Assembly (NCBI GenBank): GCA_043228905.1
Contig: JBHGNT010000008.1
Coordinates: 8,928,001 to 8,992,000 of the forward strand
Reading direction: 5' to 3'
Length of the DNA: 64,000 nucleotides
Source of the DNA: Azolla caroliniana
Taxonomy: Eukaryota > Plantae > Polypodiophyta
Below the pieces are notes generated by a model that did not search any database, was not told the DNA's origin, and saw only the letters and a program-made list of their open reading frames with translations. Below are positions 1 through 14,100 of this stretch, piece after piece. How positions within the stretch are numbered: the first letter of the stretch is position 1; each line of letters opens with the position of its first letter. The position numbers were made by a program, and so were the translations under genes.

Positions 1-845
1 ATATGCTCATCTACAACAAGCTCAACAAACACACAAGGTTTATGTGGATCGTCATCGGCTTCCATCCAGTTTTAACATTGGAGATCGGGTATGGTTACTA
101 CAACGACGCATCAAGACTACTCGCCCATGTGAGAAGTTGGATTATCAGCGATTAGGTCCTTTCCGTATTATCGGAAAAATTAATGATGTCGCTTTTCGCC
201 TCGATCTACCTCCACAACTTTAGATACATCTGGTGTTTCATAGTTCTCTCCTCGAACCCTATCATGATAGCACCATCCCAGGTCGTATTAAAAAACCTCC
301 ACCCCCGATCGAACTTCAAGATGGACCTGAGTACGAGGTTGTCGCCAACCTTGATTCCAAGATTGTTCGCAACAAGCTCTACTATTTAATCGATTGGCTA
401 GGATATAGACCCAACGAGCGTACTTGGGAACCAATAGAGAATGTGACCAATGCTCATACTCTTCTTGAAGACTTCCATCATCAATATCCAGACAAACCGG
501 GTCCTCAATCCAAAACGACTTCTGACACTCGTCGTTTTAAAGGGAAGATACTGTCATGATATGACAAGACTCGAACCCATGACCTTATGTTACATGGGTC
601 AAGCTCTTGACCATTAGACTATATGTTGTAATACGAAGGATATTATTTTCATACTTTAGAAAATTGATGTATATTCCAGATTTCTCTGGAACATTCTAGA
701 AACTTTAGGAGTACTCCAGAGAACACTATAAAAGGAGGCACATGGCATTATTTCGAACCAAATCGGTTCAACGCCAGTCTTAAGCCTCTTTCGAGCTACT
801 ATTATATATTCTCTTAACATAATATATATCTATGGTTATCATCAT

Positions 846-883
<38 letters not shown>

Positions 884-979
884 CACTCTTTCCTTCTCTC
901 GAGAGTTCTACACCTCCCTTAGTACTAATCCTCATCTTTTAGTACTAATTCCTACTCTGTCTTAGTATTGTTCCTGATA
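1..979 (+). mobile_element. 3' end of Ty3/gypsy chromovirus F (Tcn1-like): integrase C-terminus, chromodomain, PPT and 3' LTR; inserted into copia E
   Basis: GPF/Y-type integrase tail and chromodomain (PEYEVVANLDSKIVRNKLYYLIDWLGY..TWEP, ORF 233-559). Purine tract AAAGGGAAGATA at ~539-550. LTR 552-979 (TGTCA...TGATA) is homologous to the minus-strand LTR at 59834-60267. Confidence 0.9.
552..979 (+). repeat. 3' LTR of chromovirus F, containing a (CT)n tract at 849-880
   Basis: Starts TG right after the PPT; end defined by loss of similarity to the LTR of element I. Confidence 0.85.
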
Positions 980-3900
980 GTCGTCATTGCCGCTTGCTCT
1001 TACTTGTTCGGATGTGCCGACTCCTTCGGTTGGCTCGACTTCCTTTATTTGCCATCTCCCCCCTTGTTTCTTTCTTCCTCTCCGGCTACTTGTACGGTGC
1101 CATCCATTCCAATACCTGTTCTCCCCCTCAAGTGTGGCACATCGAGATGTTGAATGCCGAGCATCTCTGAAAAATGTTGCAACTTGTCCGATCCGAGCGG
1201 CTTGGTGAAGATGTCGGCAACCTGCCGATCTGTGTGATCATACCGAAGTTCAACTTAACCGTTGAGGACCCGCTCATGAACAAAGTGATAATGCACTTCT
1301 ATGTGCTTTGTCTGAGCATGGAATACAGGGTTCTTGGCGAGTTGTATGTTGCTTACATTGTCGCAATAGATCAAGATCAAGGTCGGCACATCGATCTTGA
1401 GGTCTAACAATAGTCACCGAAGCCAGATGGTTTCACAGGTGGCAATGGTAGCGCCCCGGTACTCAGCCTTAGTGCTCGACAGAGCCACTGTTGGCTGCTT
1501 TTTGCTACTCCATACAACAACCGCGCTACCAAGTGAAAACATGTAACCGGAGGTGGATCGGCGATCCAATGCATCACTAGCCTAGTCGGCATCGGTATAC
1601 TCGACCAACTTCCCACCTATACCGTTGTCGCGTTGTTACGCGTGTGCGTGGAGAACAAGGCGGGACCACTGGGGTCTTGGACCGAGGAATAGGTGAGAAA
1701 AGGGAGAGAGAGAGAGACGCTCTCACACACGTATAGACAAAGAAGCGCACGGGAACGCGGCCCAACAACACAGGAGACGCGAGTTGAGTAGGGGATAGAG
1801 TATAAGAACACTAGTGTATGTATATAAATATATGTATGCAGACGACTCGAACGGTTACAGCCGATCAGGTCGGTGAGATGGATGCCGACGCTTGATCACC
1901 CACGCACACAGGGGAGCAAGATGGAGATTCTACCGGAAGCACACGGGCGTTCCACGGAGCAGAATCAACCTCTCAAGAGCCTGCGCAAAAGAAAGCTATG
2001 GAGAACGAGAGAGAAGAAGAGCTCGGTCCCAGTCCGACAACACTTCGTCCCCTCTCGTCCCCATCTAGCCCCCGTCTCCCTCTCTTTTGTAGCTCAAGGA
2101 GGGAGGCCGTTGACCCGTTTACATCACATTAATTTTCTGTCCTTTCGGACAGAGATACTCCTCGATTCTCCCTATAGAATATTGCTACCTAGGATTCGAC
2201 TTTTGTGCCTACCTATCTACTATACAACAAGGGGCGTGCCCACGTGTAAGGGCCGGTTCACACACGCTATACACGGTTTGCGCCTGGGGACGGTTTTCTT
2301 CACGACATCCGCCCCCACCTAACCGTGCATCCACCAGTATGCGCCAAAATTGGGTTCCTACTGGAGAAAACCGGTCCTTGCTTTTATTCCTCGTTTACCG
2401 GTTCGTCCTCCGCCTCGGGCTGCTCGTCGTTGTTGTCCATGCCCCCTAGCTCCGGCTCACCGTCGTGTCGTTTCTTGAACGCTTTGATCCTCTTCCCTGC
2501 TACCGGTATCGCCATTCTCGTACCGTCGAGCTCCGCGAGATGGTACGTCCCATTGTCGTTGGCGCCTGTTACTACGTAAGGCCCGAACCACCTCCTCGCA
2601 AACTTCCGCGTGGCCCTGTGCTGATTGTCGAGGCTGCTGTCGTAGACTAGCACCCAGTCGCCTTCCTCAATCTTCCTTGGCCGGAGCCGGTGTGTTCGGT
2701 CAAACCGGGCTTTGTTCCTTATCCTCGCTACCCGAAGTTTCTGTCCGAACATAAGCTGTGCCGGCATGAACCTGGTTACCGAACTGTGCGTAGTCCGGTC
2801 CGCCCACAAGGCATAAGGTAGCAGCCGTGGCCAGTTCCCGACTTGGCCTCCGCACGCCCGTACTAGCGCTTTGACAATCGGCCCGTGTCCGCGCTCTACT
2901 TTCCCGTTCACCTCTGGATTGTACGCTGTGGTGAGCGAAAGTTTGACTCCTAGCCGGTCGAACAACTCTTCGGCTTCTTCTGCGTCCAACTCACCACGAT
3001 CAGCCACGATCTTCCCTACGCACCCGTATCGACATACCACGTCCTCAATCAAAAACCGGCACACGGCTGCAGTCATCTTGTTCTGCAGGGCTCGGCCTTC
3101 AACCTGGTTCGTTAGATCCTCCCGAGCCAGCACCAGATACCGCATCTGTCCTACCCCCATTGGCATTGTCACCAAATCCACCATCCACTTGAAGTGGACG
3201 GTCGGAGGGTAGGTCAGGTGAAGCTCGTCCCGGTGTCGGATCATGGAGTGCACCTGACAGCTTTCGCAAGTCGTCACGAACCGATGCACGTCCCGGTATA
3301 GTCCCGGCCACCAGTACTTCCCCTTTAGCTTTTCGAACGTGGCCCACGTTCCACGGTGTCCAGCCCAAGGACTATCGTGGTACGCCGCCATCAAATCCTC
3401 TTGTTCCTCCTTCTTTGTTGTCCAGAGGAGAGAAATGTAAACTTAGGAAATTAGCAAACGCCGAGTCCGAGTATCACGGGCCACCGACGGCTCGGCTGTG
3501 TATTAGGGGAAACGTTATTTAAACGAGGACCAGTACCTCAGAGCGGGAGAGAAGAAAAATATAGGCGGAAGCACTAGCTTAGTCCCTTGTAACTAGATAA
3601 TCTTGTAAGGTCACCGGCCGTAGGCCGTGTTTGTAATCTTTTTTCTGTCGCAGTAATATATCTGATTTGTGCCCATTTTGCTCCATGTGTCTGTGCTTGG
3701 ATTCATACCTATGATTTCAGCGCCGCCCACGCCTATCAAGATCTCGCTAGTGTTTTATCTCTGATCATTGTCTCTCTCACGACGCCTCTGTTACGAGCCT
3801 TCACGTACCATGCCCTTGAATACCGATAGCCGCAGATCTATCGAAGATGTTCACCCAAAGGAATGGGTAACACAATTGGGCACGCTCGGTTACAGCTGTG

Positions 3901-4063
3901 AGTGCACAGCGAACTTCGTTGAAGGTAACCACCAGCCGCCGTTACGGCGCCCTCTCGCACCACGAGGTCTCTGCCACCTGCTCGACGCCCTGAGCTAGTC
4001 GAAGGAACTTCCGACTCGGCGGTCATTGAACAATCCTTTCTCGAGCAATCGGAGGCTTCCCCA

Positions 4064-7000
4064 GTGCAATACTCGCCACCGGACACTCGATTGCGAGTTG
4101 ATTCACCACCAAAACCCCTGCCGAGCCCTTCGGAGGTCAATCAACCGGAACTAAACCCTTTTCCGGTGCTACCAGAAGACCTAGAGTACGACATCATGCC
4201 GTACCCATACCCACGATACACCGACGGCCCAGACGCGGAGTCACACATCTGTGCCTTCATATCCACGTGGCAGGCCAACCACTCAACACACCGCCTCACG
4301 CCGGCCGAAATCGATGCCTCAAAGATTGCCGAGTTCACACTCTCCCTCGATGGACCGGCCGCACGATGGTACTCTCGGCTCGAAATAGGAGAGGCCACCA
4401 CTTTCCAAATCGTGCGCACAAAGTTCCTTGAACTTTTTCATCGCGAGGTGCCTAAACGGGAACTGCTTCGGCAATTCTTCTCTATATGCCAGGAACCGCA
4501 CGAAACGGTCGCGCAGTTCACGATCCGGTTCGAGGATCTCTACAGACAAGTGGCCGATGATGTCTCAGCACAACATATACCGGACACTTTCCTGTCCAGT
4601 TTACAAGAGCCTCTCCGAACGACTCTCGCACTTACAAATTTCGCCAACCATACTATCGAACAAGTCATAGCGCGGGTTCTCGCCCACGATTGGACCCAAC
4701 ACGGTGCGGCCTTCTCGATGACATCCTTACAAAACGCTCTTCCCCAAGAGGACAATCGCTTTCGCCAAGCTTTCCAATGCACAGCGTGTTCAGGATCAGG
4801 GCACCTGGCCCTCGAATGTCCCCACCGACCACAGTGTCCGATCTGTTAGTCTCGAGCTCACACTGTCGAGCAGTGCGAATATAATATGCTGAACCGCACA
4901 ACGGCGGCACCGGTCCGCTAGATCGAGCCACGAAATACATACTCTCGGTAGGACGAGCGATATGTCTACCGAGACTAGGATAACGACCGACCGCGATCCC
5001 TGGATCGACGGCACCGAGACGACGACTACCGACGTGATGACCGTCGTGATCACTATCGCGATGACTGGCACGACGATTATGCTCGATATGATGACGATCG
5101 CGATGACCGGTATGACCGACGGAACTCACGCATTGATCGGCGAAACGGCAACCACAACACACGCAACAATAGGAGACCTAATGACAACCGCCGACGGGAC
5201 GCTCCTCAAAATGACCAGCGCAACGCTAACGCACCTCGGAACAACCCACCACCAAACGAGACTGAGAATCAACAACAACAACTTCCACATACAGACCGAG
5301 CGGACACCAGTAGCTCGGCCAACGTTACATGTTTTAAATGTTACCAACCAGGCCACTACGCCATGCAATGTCGAACAACCAACCGTGGCAAGGCACCTGC
5401 GGTGAACAATATCATGGCCGATGTTCAAACCGTCACTACCCGGAGTAAAGCGCAGACTACTCAGTGGCAAATCCAGGATGACGTCCGTCAGGCAGCAAAA
5501 GAATGGATCGACATGGCCAATAAAAATAATGCCGTGCGCATGCAAACAGACATGAGAGACGGGCCCAGTGAGGCACCACAAACCTCGGTACCAGCCATGT
5601 CGTCAGAGGACGACCAACTATGGGATGTTCTTACCAACTCCCGCATCTCGCTGCCCCTACATAAACTGTTACCACTCATGCCGAGATTTCGGGACACCCT
5701 GGCGGCACTCCAGGCCAATACTAAGCCCGTGACGCCACTGGTACACCTCACCGAAGCAGGAACCGGTCCACCACTCATGGATTCTCAGAACCCAGCCGTG
5801 TGAATCATCATTAAGGGACAAGACCTGCACGGATGCATCATTGACGGCGGATCCGGCGTAAACGTTATTAGTGAGTCAACGTGTCACAACCTCGGCCTGA
5901 ATCAATAGGAACCATGCCCCTTTTGGCTTCGGATGGCCGACACCCGCTCCGTTCACCCCATTGGTTTAATCCGCCATCTCGACTTCACACTTGGAGGCTA
6001 CATGTTCACGATCTCAGCCGTCGTGCTAAGACTAGAGACACAAGGCGCCTACCCAATGTTACTAGGTCAACCATGGTTGCGTACAGCGAATATCAAGCAA
6101 CATTGGCAACGCAACATGATCTCGTTCCGAAGAGGCAATACAAAAGTCCAAATCATCACTGAAGAACGAGTCCCCGTCGCCCTCAACACTTCGCCGTTAT
6201 ACGCGGAAGGGGTCCATATGCTTGACGGTTTGGCCGATGAGGAGGTCGATGACTTCCTAGATGATCATCCCACGATCATCCCTCTCTTCGAAATCAATGC
6301 CTTACCAACCATCGAGCCACCTAAAGACGAGGAAGTCACGGAGGAATCACCACCCCAAGATGAACCAGATCCAACCACAGTTGCCGAGCTACGCCATGCT
6401 CGGGAGGCTTTCGAACGCGAACTCGCCATTTCACAACGAGTCAAAGCATCAACCCTGGAAACAATAAACCTCGGCTGAGACGAGAATCCCTGTACAATAC
6501 AAATCGCCAATAATCTACCAACTGGAGAACGAGCATGCCTCGTACGATTTCTCACCGACTACCAGGATGTTTTCGCTTGGTCTTACACCGATATGAAGGG
6601 GCTGGATCCTCAATACTACCAACATCAAATTCACATCTTACCCGACACTCGGCCGGTTCAGTAGAGGCGCTACAGGATGAACCCCAACTAAGCCGCTAAA
6701 GTCAAAGAGGAAATCGACAAACTACTCCGAGTGGGCTTCATTCGCCCTGTTAAACGGGCTACGTGGTTGAGCCCGATCGTTGTGATCCCAAAGAAGAACA
6801 GAAAAATCTGCGCCTGCGTCGACTATCGGAAGCTTAACGCGGCAATAGTCACCGACGGTTTCCCTCTCCCATTCACAGACAGCGTCCTCGACACGGTAGC
6901 TGGCCACGAATGCTACAGTTTCCTCGACGGGTTCAACGGCTATAACCAGATAGGAATGCACCCAGAGGATCAGGAGAAAACCACTTTCGTCACGGAATGG

Positions 7001-9305
7001 GGTGTTTTTGTAGCAGAAGTAATGATGTTCGGTCTAAAAACGGCGCCGTCTACGTTCCAGTGCATCATCACCGAAATCTTTCATGACTACATCCCGGCGT
7101 TCATGCAAGTCTTTCTCGACGATTTCGGTGTATGGCCATCGACGGGAACACATAACCCAATTACGACTCTGCCTGGACCGATGTCGCCAAGCTCGATTGA
7201 GCTTAAATCCGGCGAAATGCGCGTTCTTAGTAACCAGCGGCAACCTTCTCGGCCACATTGTCAGTCAAGAAGGCATCGCTATGGACCCGGATAAAGTAAA
7301 GGCAATCCTGACCGCCACCGCACCCTCGAACGCTAAGGCACTAAGCCGATTTTTAGGACAGATCCGGTGGCACAGCCGAATGATACGACACCTGGCCGAT
7401 TTCGCGACACCTTTACACGTGGCAGTCCATCGCCTTCCCTTCCAATGGACGTCAATCGAGGACACGGCCTATCAGACCCTGAAACTAATGCTATCACATG
7501 CCCCGACGGTCCAGTCTCCGGTTTGGTCCGAACTGTTTCATGTCTTCGTAGATGCTTCAAACATCGCCATCGGAAGTGCCCTGATGCAATGCACACCCCC
7601 AAATTGGTATAGGCCCATGTACTACGCCAGCCGACGGCTCTCGACTGCAGAAAGGAATTACTCCACCACCGAGTGGGAGGCCCTCGGTATGATTTATAGC
7701 ATCAATAAATTCCGGCATTACCTCTTGGGCCGGAAATTTACCTTTCACGTGGATCACTCGGCCCTTCTTTATTTGGTCAATAAACAAGCCCTCACCGGAT
7801 GGTTGGCTCGATGGATGCTCCTACTCCAAGAGTTTGATTTCCAGATTCAGTATCGACCCGGGGTACAACATGCCGTCGCCGACTACTTGAGCCGTCTTGA
7901 GTCAGGGGAACTGGCGAAAACAACGTACGAAGAGCTACCGGACGCCAGCCTATTTAACCTGACCACGATACCAGACAATAACGAAGATGAATGGATCACG
8001 GAGATGGCCCATTTTCTCACTACCGGTTTACCTCCCGAGCAGATGCCCCTTGACACGAGAAAACGCCTAGCAGTGCGTAGCCGGAATTTTTGCCTCGTCT
8101 CGGACATTCTCTACCACAAAGGCTCGGACGACATATGGCGCCGAGTGATTCGGCAATTCGAGAAGAACGCCGTTCTTCAGGAGGCTCACCAGGGAGTAGC
8201 TGGGGGGCACTACGCCGGGGATTCCACAACAAGGAAAGTTTGGCAAAGTGGATTGTGGTGGCCGACAACGAAGAGAGACGCTCACGAGTTTTGCCGGCAG
8301 TGCGATTTGTGCCAACGACTGGGGCAACCAATGGAACAGTCACGCATGCCACACCAGCCGATTCTTCCGTTGGACCCAGTTCAAAAATGGGGTTTGGATT
8401 TTGTAGGCCCTTTCAAACCACCTGCGGCCCGTACAAGGAATAGGTATATTATCGTTGCCACGGATTACTGCACCAAATGGGTCGAGGCTAAGGCACTCCG
8501 AGACAACACGGCAACATCCACGACTAAATTCGTGTACGAGCACCTTTGGTGCCATTACGAATGCCCAATCGAGCTCGTTAATGACCAAGGTGGGCACTTC
8601 ATCAATCATCTAATACATGAGCTTACACACCACTACGCGGTGGTGCACAAGAAAAGCACATCATACTACCCGCAGGCGAACGGCTTGGCGGAATCGACCA
8701 ATAAAATCCTCCAAACCATACTGAAGAAGATCGTCAATGAAAACAGGACCGATTGGGATGACAAACTCCAGAGCGCGTTGTGGGGGTATCGTACGACTTT
8801 CAAAACAAGCATCCAATCAACCCCCTTTCGAATGGCGTTCGGGTTAGAAGCCGTAATGCCCGTTGAGTTCCAAGTCCCGAGCCTCTGAGTTCAAATCAAA
8901 GCACGGCTCCCCGAGGCCCAATCCGAGCAATACCGGCTGGAACAACTCCTTGAACTCGGCGAAGATAGGATAGAGAGTATGGCCCAGCTCGAAGAACGCC
9001 AACGACAACGTAAGGCTTTCGTGGATCGACATCGAAACGGGCTGGAAAAGGAGCTCACCATCGGCAAACCGGTTCTTCTTTTTCAAACACGACTCAGGTC
9101 TATGCCGGGAAAATTAAGATTTCGGTGGACCGGTCCATTCTGGATTATCGACGAGTTCAACGGGACGTTCCAGCTCGGCACACTCGCCGGCGACACTGTC
9201 AAAAGCTGGGCCAATGGTTTCCAACTTCGACCATATCGAGGCACTACACCACCCAACCCGTTTCGGGAAACCACCACGGAGGAGGCCACGTGTCCCCCTG
9301 AATAA
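4064..9305 (+). pseudogene. Element B gag-pol polyprotein (gag with three CCHC knuckles, PR, RT, RNaseH, integrase), disrupted
   Basis: CTACSGSGHLALEC and CFKCYQPGHYAMQC knuckles; IIDGGSGVN protease; CVDYRKLN, FLDGFNGYNQI and FLDDF in RT; DAS..AIG RNaseH; GLDFVGP integrase. In-frame stops plus one frameshift near 7130. Confidence 0.9.
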
Positions 9306-10519
9306 GGACTCACCCACCTTCTTGAAATTAATAAAGTAGGTAGGATTAACCATAGTTTAGCCACCGATTAGCTACACCTACACCACCCACCTAGGCACCC
9401 ACAAATTTAGGAGCACCCCTCGCCACCACTCATTTAGTACCTATTTAAGCACATGCAAAGCACTAGAGGCACCCCACTCACCTTCAGGACACGTGATGCT
9501 AGTCACTTATTATGGCACCCATGACTCAGAATCTTCAGGATTCGCTTCAGGCACAAAACCCTAGGAGTAAGTTACTAAAACCGTTTCCAAAATGCAGCAC
9601 AGACACGGAAGTTCATTATCACTCCCAATCTCCATTGCTCTCAAGCTCAAAAACCCCGTCTCGCTCTCGTCGCTCTAAACGCTTTTGCTCTCAAGCCCTC
9701 TTTCGCTCTCATAGCCCCTCTGCTGAACTTCCCCTTCCTGTTGTTCCTCCTCTGCCTTGCCCTCACCTCATCACTCTTCTTCACTCTTCCACACAGTCAA
9801 ACCCCGTCTCCATCTCCACCATGCCTCTTACCGCTTCAACAGAAACCCGCGCCTGGCTCCAGGAACGAGGAATGGGCGGTTACCTGAAGATCATCGATGC
9901 CCCCGCGCACCCAGATGCCCAAGGTGTGGCTAAATGTATTTGTCCTGAAGCCATCACCAACAATGTGCTTCGGGCTATTTTGGACCTACAACGGGGAGGG
10001 GACCATGAAGTCGACATACCCCCGGCATCGAAGATGAAAGAGTACTTCGGTGAGTACTCAGCCTCAGGGAAGGCATATCGCACGTATGGCGGTCCCAACA
10101 GAGCTTTCGGGGAGATTGCTCGTATATTGATGGAGTATGCGTTCGTGCATACGAACCCGACAAGCATGCCGCAGAACAAGGCAGCCATCATCATCAGCGC
10201 GTATGAAGGAAACAGAGTCAATTGGGGAATCATCACAGGCGAAGGACTCCGCGCCGCCTTAGCCTCATTCCAGTCCGGTAAGAAGATGTTGTCTGTTCTT
10301 ACCCACTTTTTGATGGTTCTATACCCACCCTCTTCTCTTCCTTCCCCTCGCACACTCACGTCCCCACCACCACCACGAAGGCAGAGAGAGAAATTTGTTG
10401 CCATCAGCCACGAAGCATGGGAGGAGCCCACATCGCCTTCACCTCCTACCGCCGACCAAAACCCTGTTGAGAAGCAAGCTCAACATGGTATGTGATGCTT
10501 ATGAGAAATAAGCTATAGT

Positions 10520-10676
10520 AGCTATTTAGCTACTAGTGAACAAAAAGGTAAAACAGCTATTTAGCTATGGACAGCTAATTAGCGACTGAACAGCTATTTA
10601 GCTAGTGACAGCTAATTAGCTAGTGAACAGCTATTTAGCGACTGACAGCTAATTAGCTACTGGCAGCTAATTAGCT
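10520..10676 (+). repeat. Array of 8 AGCTA(A/T)TTAGC near-palindromes (~18-19 bp period) in the U3 of C; duplicated in its 3' LTR
   Basis: Copies start near 10520, 10555, 10573, 10592, 10610, 10629, 10647 and 10665. Confidence 0.85.
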
Positions 10677-11113
10677 GCATGTGTAATAACTTATGACTTA
10701 GGTAAAAGTAAGTGAGAGTGAATAGGAAGTAAGTAGTAAGAAAAAACAGAGAATAGTGAGTAGAGAACTCTGAGAGAGAGTGAGAGACCAGAAGACTGAC
10801 GAGAGCAAGTTGAGCTCTACATGTAATAGAAGAAAACCATTTTGCTACTACAGAGGTAAGTCCCCTTTCCTTTCTCTGTCTGTTTAGAGCACGCTAACGA
10901 TCCAGCACACTACGATCCGCCGCGCATACAGAAGAAGAGCCCGAGTGCCTTCTTCACGTTTTCTTAACATGGTATCAGAGCAGAGTAGCTCGTAAGGAAG
11001 AGTATAGCAGTGCCTTAATCTGAGAAAGTTATTTCTCTGGTTGCTGATCAGAAATCAGAAAGTTACTTGTTGAAGTAACTAAAGCAGAACCCTGGTTTTT
11101 TGGAAGGAAAAAA

Positions 11114-14100
11114 ATGGCTGCAGAGAATGTAGGCCAAATGGTCACAGAGAAATTAGATAAAAACAATTTCCCGGCGTGGAAATTCAGAATGACAAACTTT
11201 CTGATGGGGAAAGGATACTGGGATTACATTGAAGGAGACCTAGAAGAGGCTCCAGAGATCCCAGAAGAGAATGCAACAGCTGCACATATTAAGGCATTCA
11301 AAGATTGGAATCAAGGGGCAAGGAAGGTAATGCATTGGCTATCACTCAGCATCTCAGATTCAATGCTTGGGCATATACAAGATGCTATGCTCCCAAAAGA
11401 AGCTTGGGACAACTTGGTAAAACTGTTTGCTGTAAACACAAAGGCTAGAAAGCTCCAGTTAAAGACTGAGCTAAATACCTTGGAGAAAGGTAAGATGTCA
11501 ATAAATGAATATGCCCTAAAAATCAAGAGTATATGTGAGTCACTTGCTTCTATCAATGTGAAGATAGAAGATGATGATAAGGTAGAAATATGCTTGAGAG
11601 GCTTGGGACCTCAATACAAAAGCTTTAAAACCTCTATGCTTACAAGGGATAGTATCCCAAGTTTTTCAGATCTGGTCTCAATGCTTGTGGTAGAGGAAAG
11701 GAATCAGATGGATGATGCAAATAAAGGAAACTCAGAGAACGAGGGGCAAGCCCTCTATAATAATGCCGGAAGAGGCCGAGGAAGAGGCCATGGAAGATTT
11801 GGCTCAGGAAGAACCAATAATAATGGTTTTCAAGGAAGAGGACAACAAGCTCATAGAGGAGGAAACAACAATAGAGGCAGGGGGAGCAACCGAGGTAGAG
11901 GTAAGCAAACTTATGTAAATGATGATGGCTGCTGGTATTGTGGTAAACCAGGCCATACACAGGCTGAATGTTACAAGAAACAAAATGATGAGAAAAGAGG
12001 AAAAGGACAACAGAGTAACTATGCCTCTACTAGTGAAGATTGTGAAAAGGAAGGTGTTTTTGTAGTGCAACATGAGATAGCAGCAGTGGCTGAAAGCTCA
12101 CAGAAATGTAATGAAGAGTTTACGTGGTATGTAGACTCGGGGGCATCTAACCATATGACTGGACATGCAAATTGGTTTGAGAGTTTAAGAGAACCAGAGG
12201 TTCCTGGTTATGTACAAACAGGTGATGACACAACTCACCAAATAAAACATGTTGGAGATATCCCATTGTGGGAAGAAAGAGGAAAAACCAAGTATATGTT
12301 GAATGTGATGCATGTTCCAAACCTTGCTAAGAATCTGATTTCTGTTGGACAGATTGTAGAGCAAGGTATGCAAGTAAAGTTTAAGCCAAGTGGATGCTAT
12401 ATAGAAAAGAATGGGAAGCTCATTGCAAAAGGGAAGAGACAAGGAAGAATGTTTATCTTGGATGTAGAAATGCCCAAACAGATTTCAGCCATGTTTGCAA
12501 ATGGAACGAGTGTAATCTCAGATGTGGAAATGTGGCATAAAAGGATTGGCCATATAAGTATGCAAACATTAAAGAATATGTTGAGAAAAGATGCAGTGGC
12601 TGGACTGCCAAACTTGAAAAAGTGTGAAATGGGAAAAGTATGTGAAACATGTCAATATGGTAAGCAAAACAGGTTGCCATTCCCTCATGAGAGACATGTA
12701 AGCAAAAATCTGTTGGATTTGGTACATACAGATGTATGGGGACCAACAAAGAATGCATCTATTGGTGGATGCAGATTTTATGTTACATTTATTGATGATT
12801 GTTCACGGAAGACATGGGTGTACTTCATGAAGGAGAAAAGTGAAGTATTTGACTGCTTTCGTAAGTTTAAATGCATGGTAGAAAAGCAGGCTGGTACAAG
12901 GATAAAATGTTTGAGATCTGATGGAGGAGGAGAGTATTTCTCCAATGAATTTTCTGATTTTTTGTGTAATCAGGGAATAAGAAGACAGTTCACATGCCGA
13001 TATACTCCACAGCAAAATGGAGTTGCTGAGAGGAAAAACAGAACTTTGGTGAACATAGCAAGGGCAATGATGATTGAGAAGAACATGCCATTATACTATT
13101 GGGCAGAAGCTGTAAATACAGCAAATTACATTTTAAATAGATGTATTACATCAGGAGTACATGAGGCAACTCCTGAAGAGTGTTTTTATGGCAGGAAGCC
13201 TAGCTTACAACACTTGAAGGTGTTTGGATGCCTTGCATATGTACATGTGCCTGCAGAAGTAAGAAGTAAGTTGGATCCAAAAGCAGAAAAATGTATCTTT
13301 GTTGGATATTCAGAAGAACAAAAAGGGTACAGATGTTATAACCCTATGACTAAAAAGATTGTGACAAGTCGAGATGTGATATTTGATGAGTTGGCTAGTT
13401 GGTACAGCCCAAAACAGAATCTAGAGACTGATGAAGACTGTCAAAATGAAGACAAAGACAGATCAGAAAATGTAGAAGACTGTCACAGAGATGGAGACAA
13501 GGTTGGACAGCAAAGTCCAACATCAACAGAATGTTCTGGACCATCAAAAAGCTCAGATGGTAAATCTGATTCAAATTCATGGAGTGGAAAAACTGGACAG
13601 AAAAAATCTGATGACAAAAAAGGAAAACAGAAAATGCCAGAGTATGAAATCCCGGATGATCTATCAAAAAACATGGAAGATGAAGATTCAGATATGTCTT
13701 TGGATGATTTCCTTGGAATACAGGAAATGAAAATCCCTGGTATGGAAAAGGCAATAAAGAATGCAAATCAAAAACTGAGAAGATCAGATAGAGAGAAAAA
13801 GACTGTGGAAAGATTCGGGTATGATACATATATGGCTATGCACTATGCATATATGTCTAAGGTGGTACAGATCCCTGACCCAAACAGCTTTGAAGAAGCA
13901 AAATCTGAGAAGAAATGGATGGATGCAATGCAAGAAGAGATTGATGCATTGGCTGAAAACAAAACGTGGGATTTAGTGAAGTTACCAAAAGAGAAAAATG
14001 TGGTAGGCTGCAAATGGGTCTACAAGACAAAGCATGACTCCAATGGAAATGTAAGTAGACATAAAGCAAGATTGGTTGCAAAAGGATATGCTCAGATGCA

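Noticed and set aside
9512-9820. N-terminal 103 aa of ORF 9512-10495
   Set aside because: Pyrimidine-rich, UTR-like sequence; ATG 9821 is the more plausible start, and the ORF's end is an artefact of reading into copia C.
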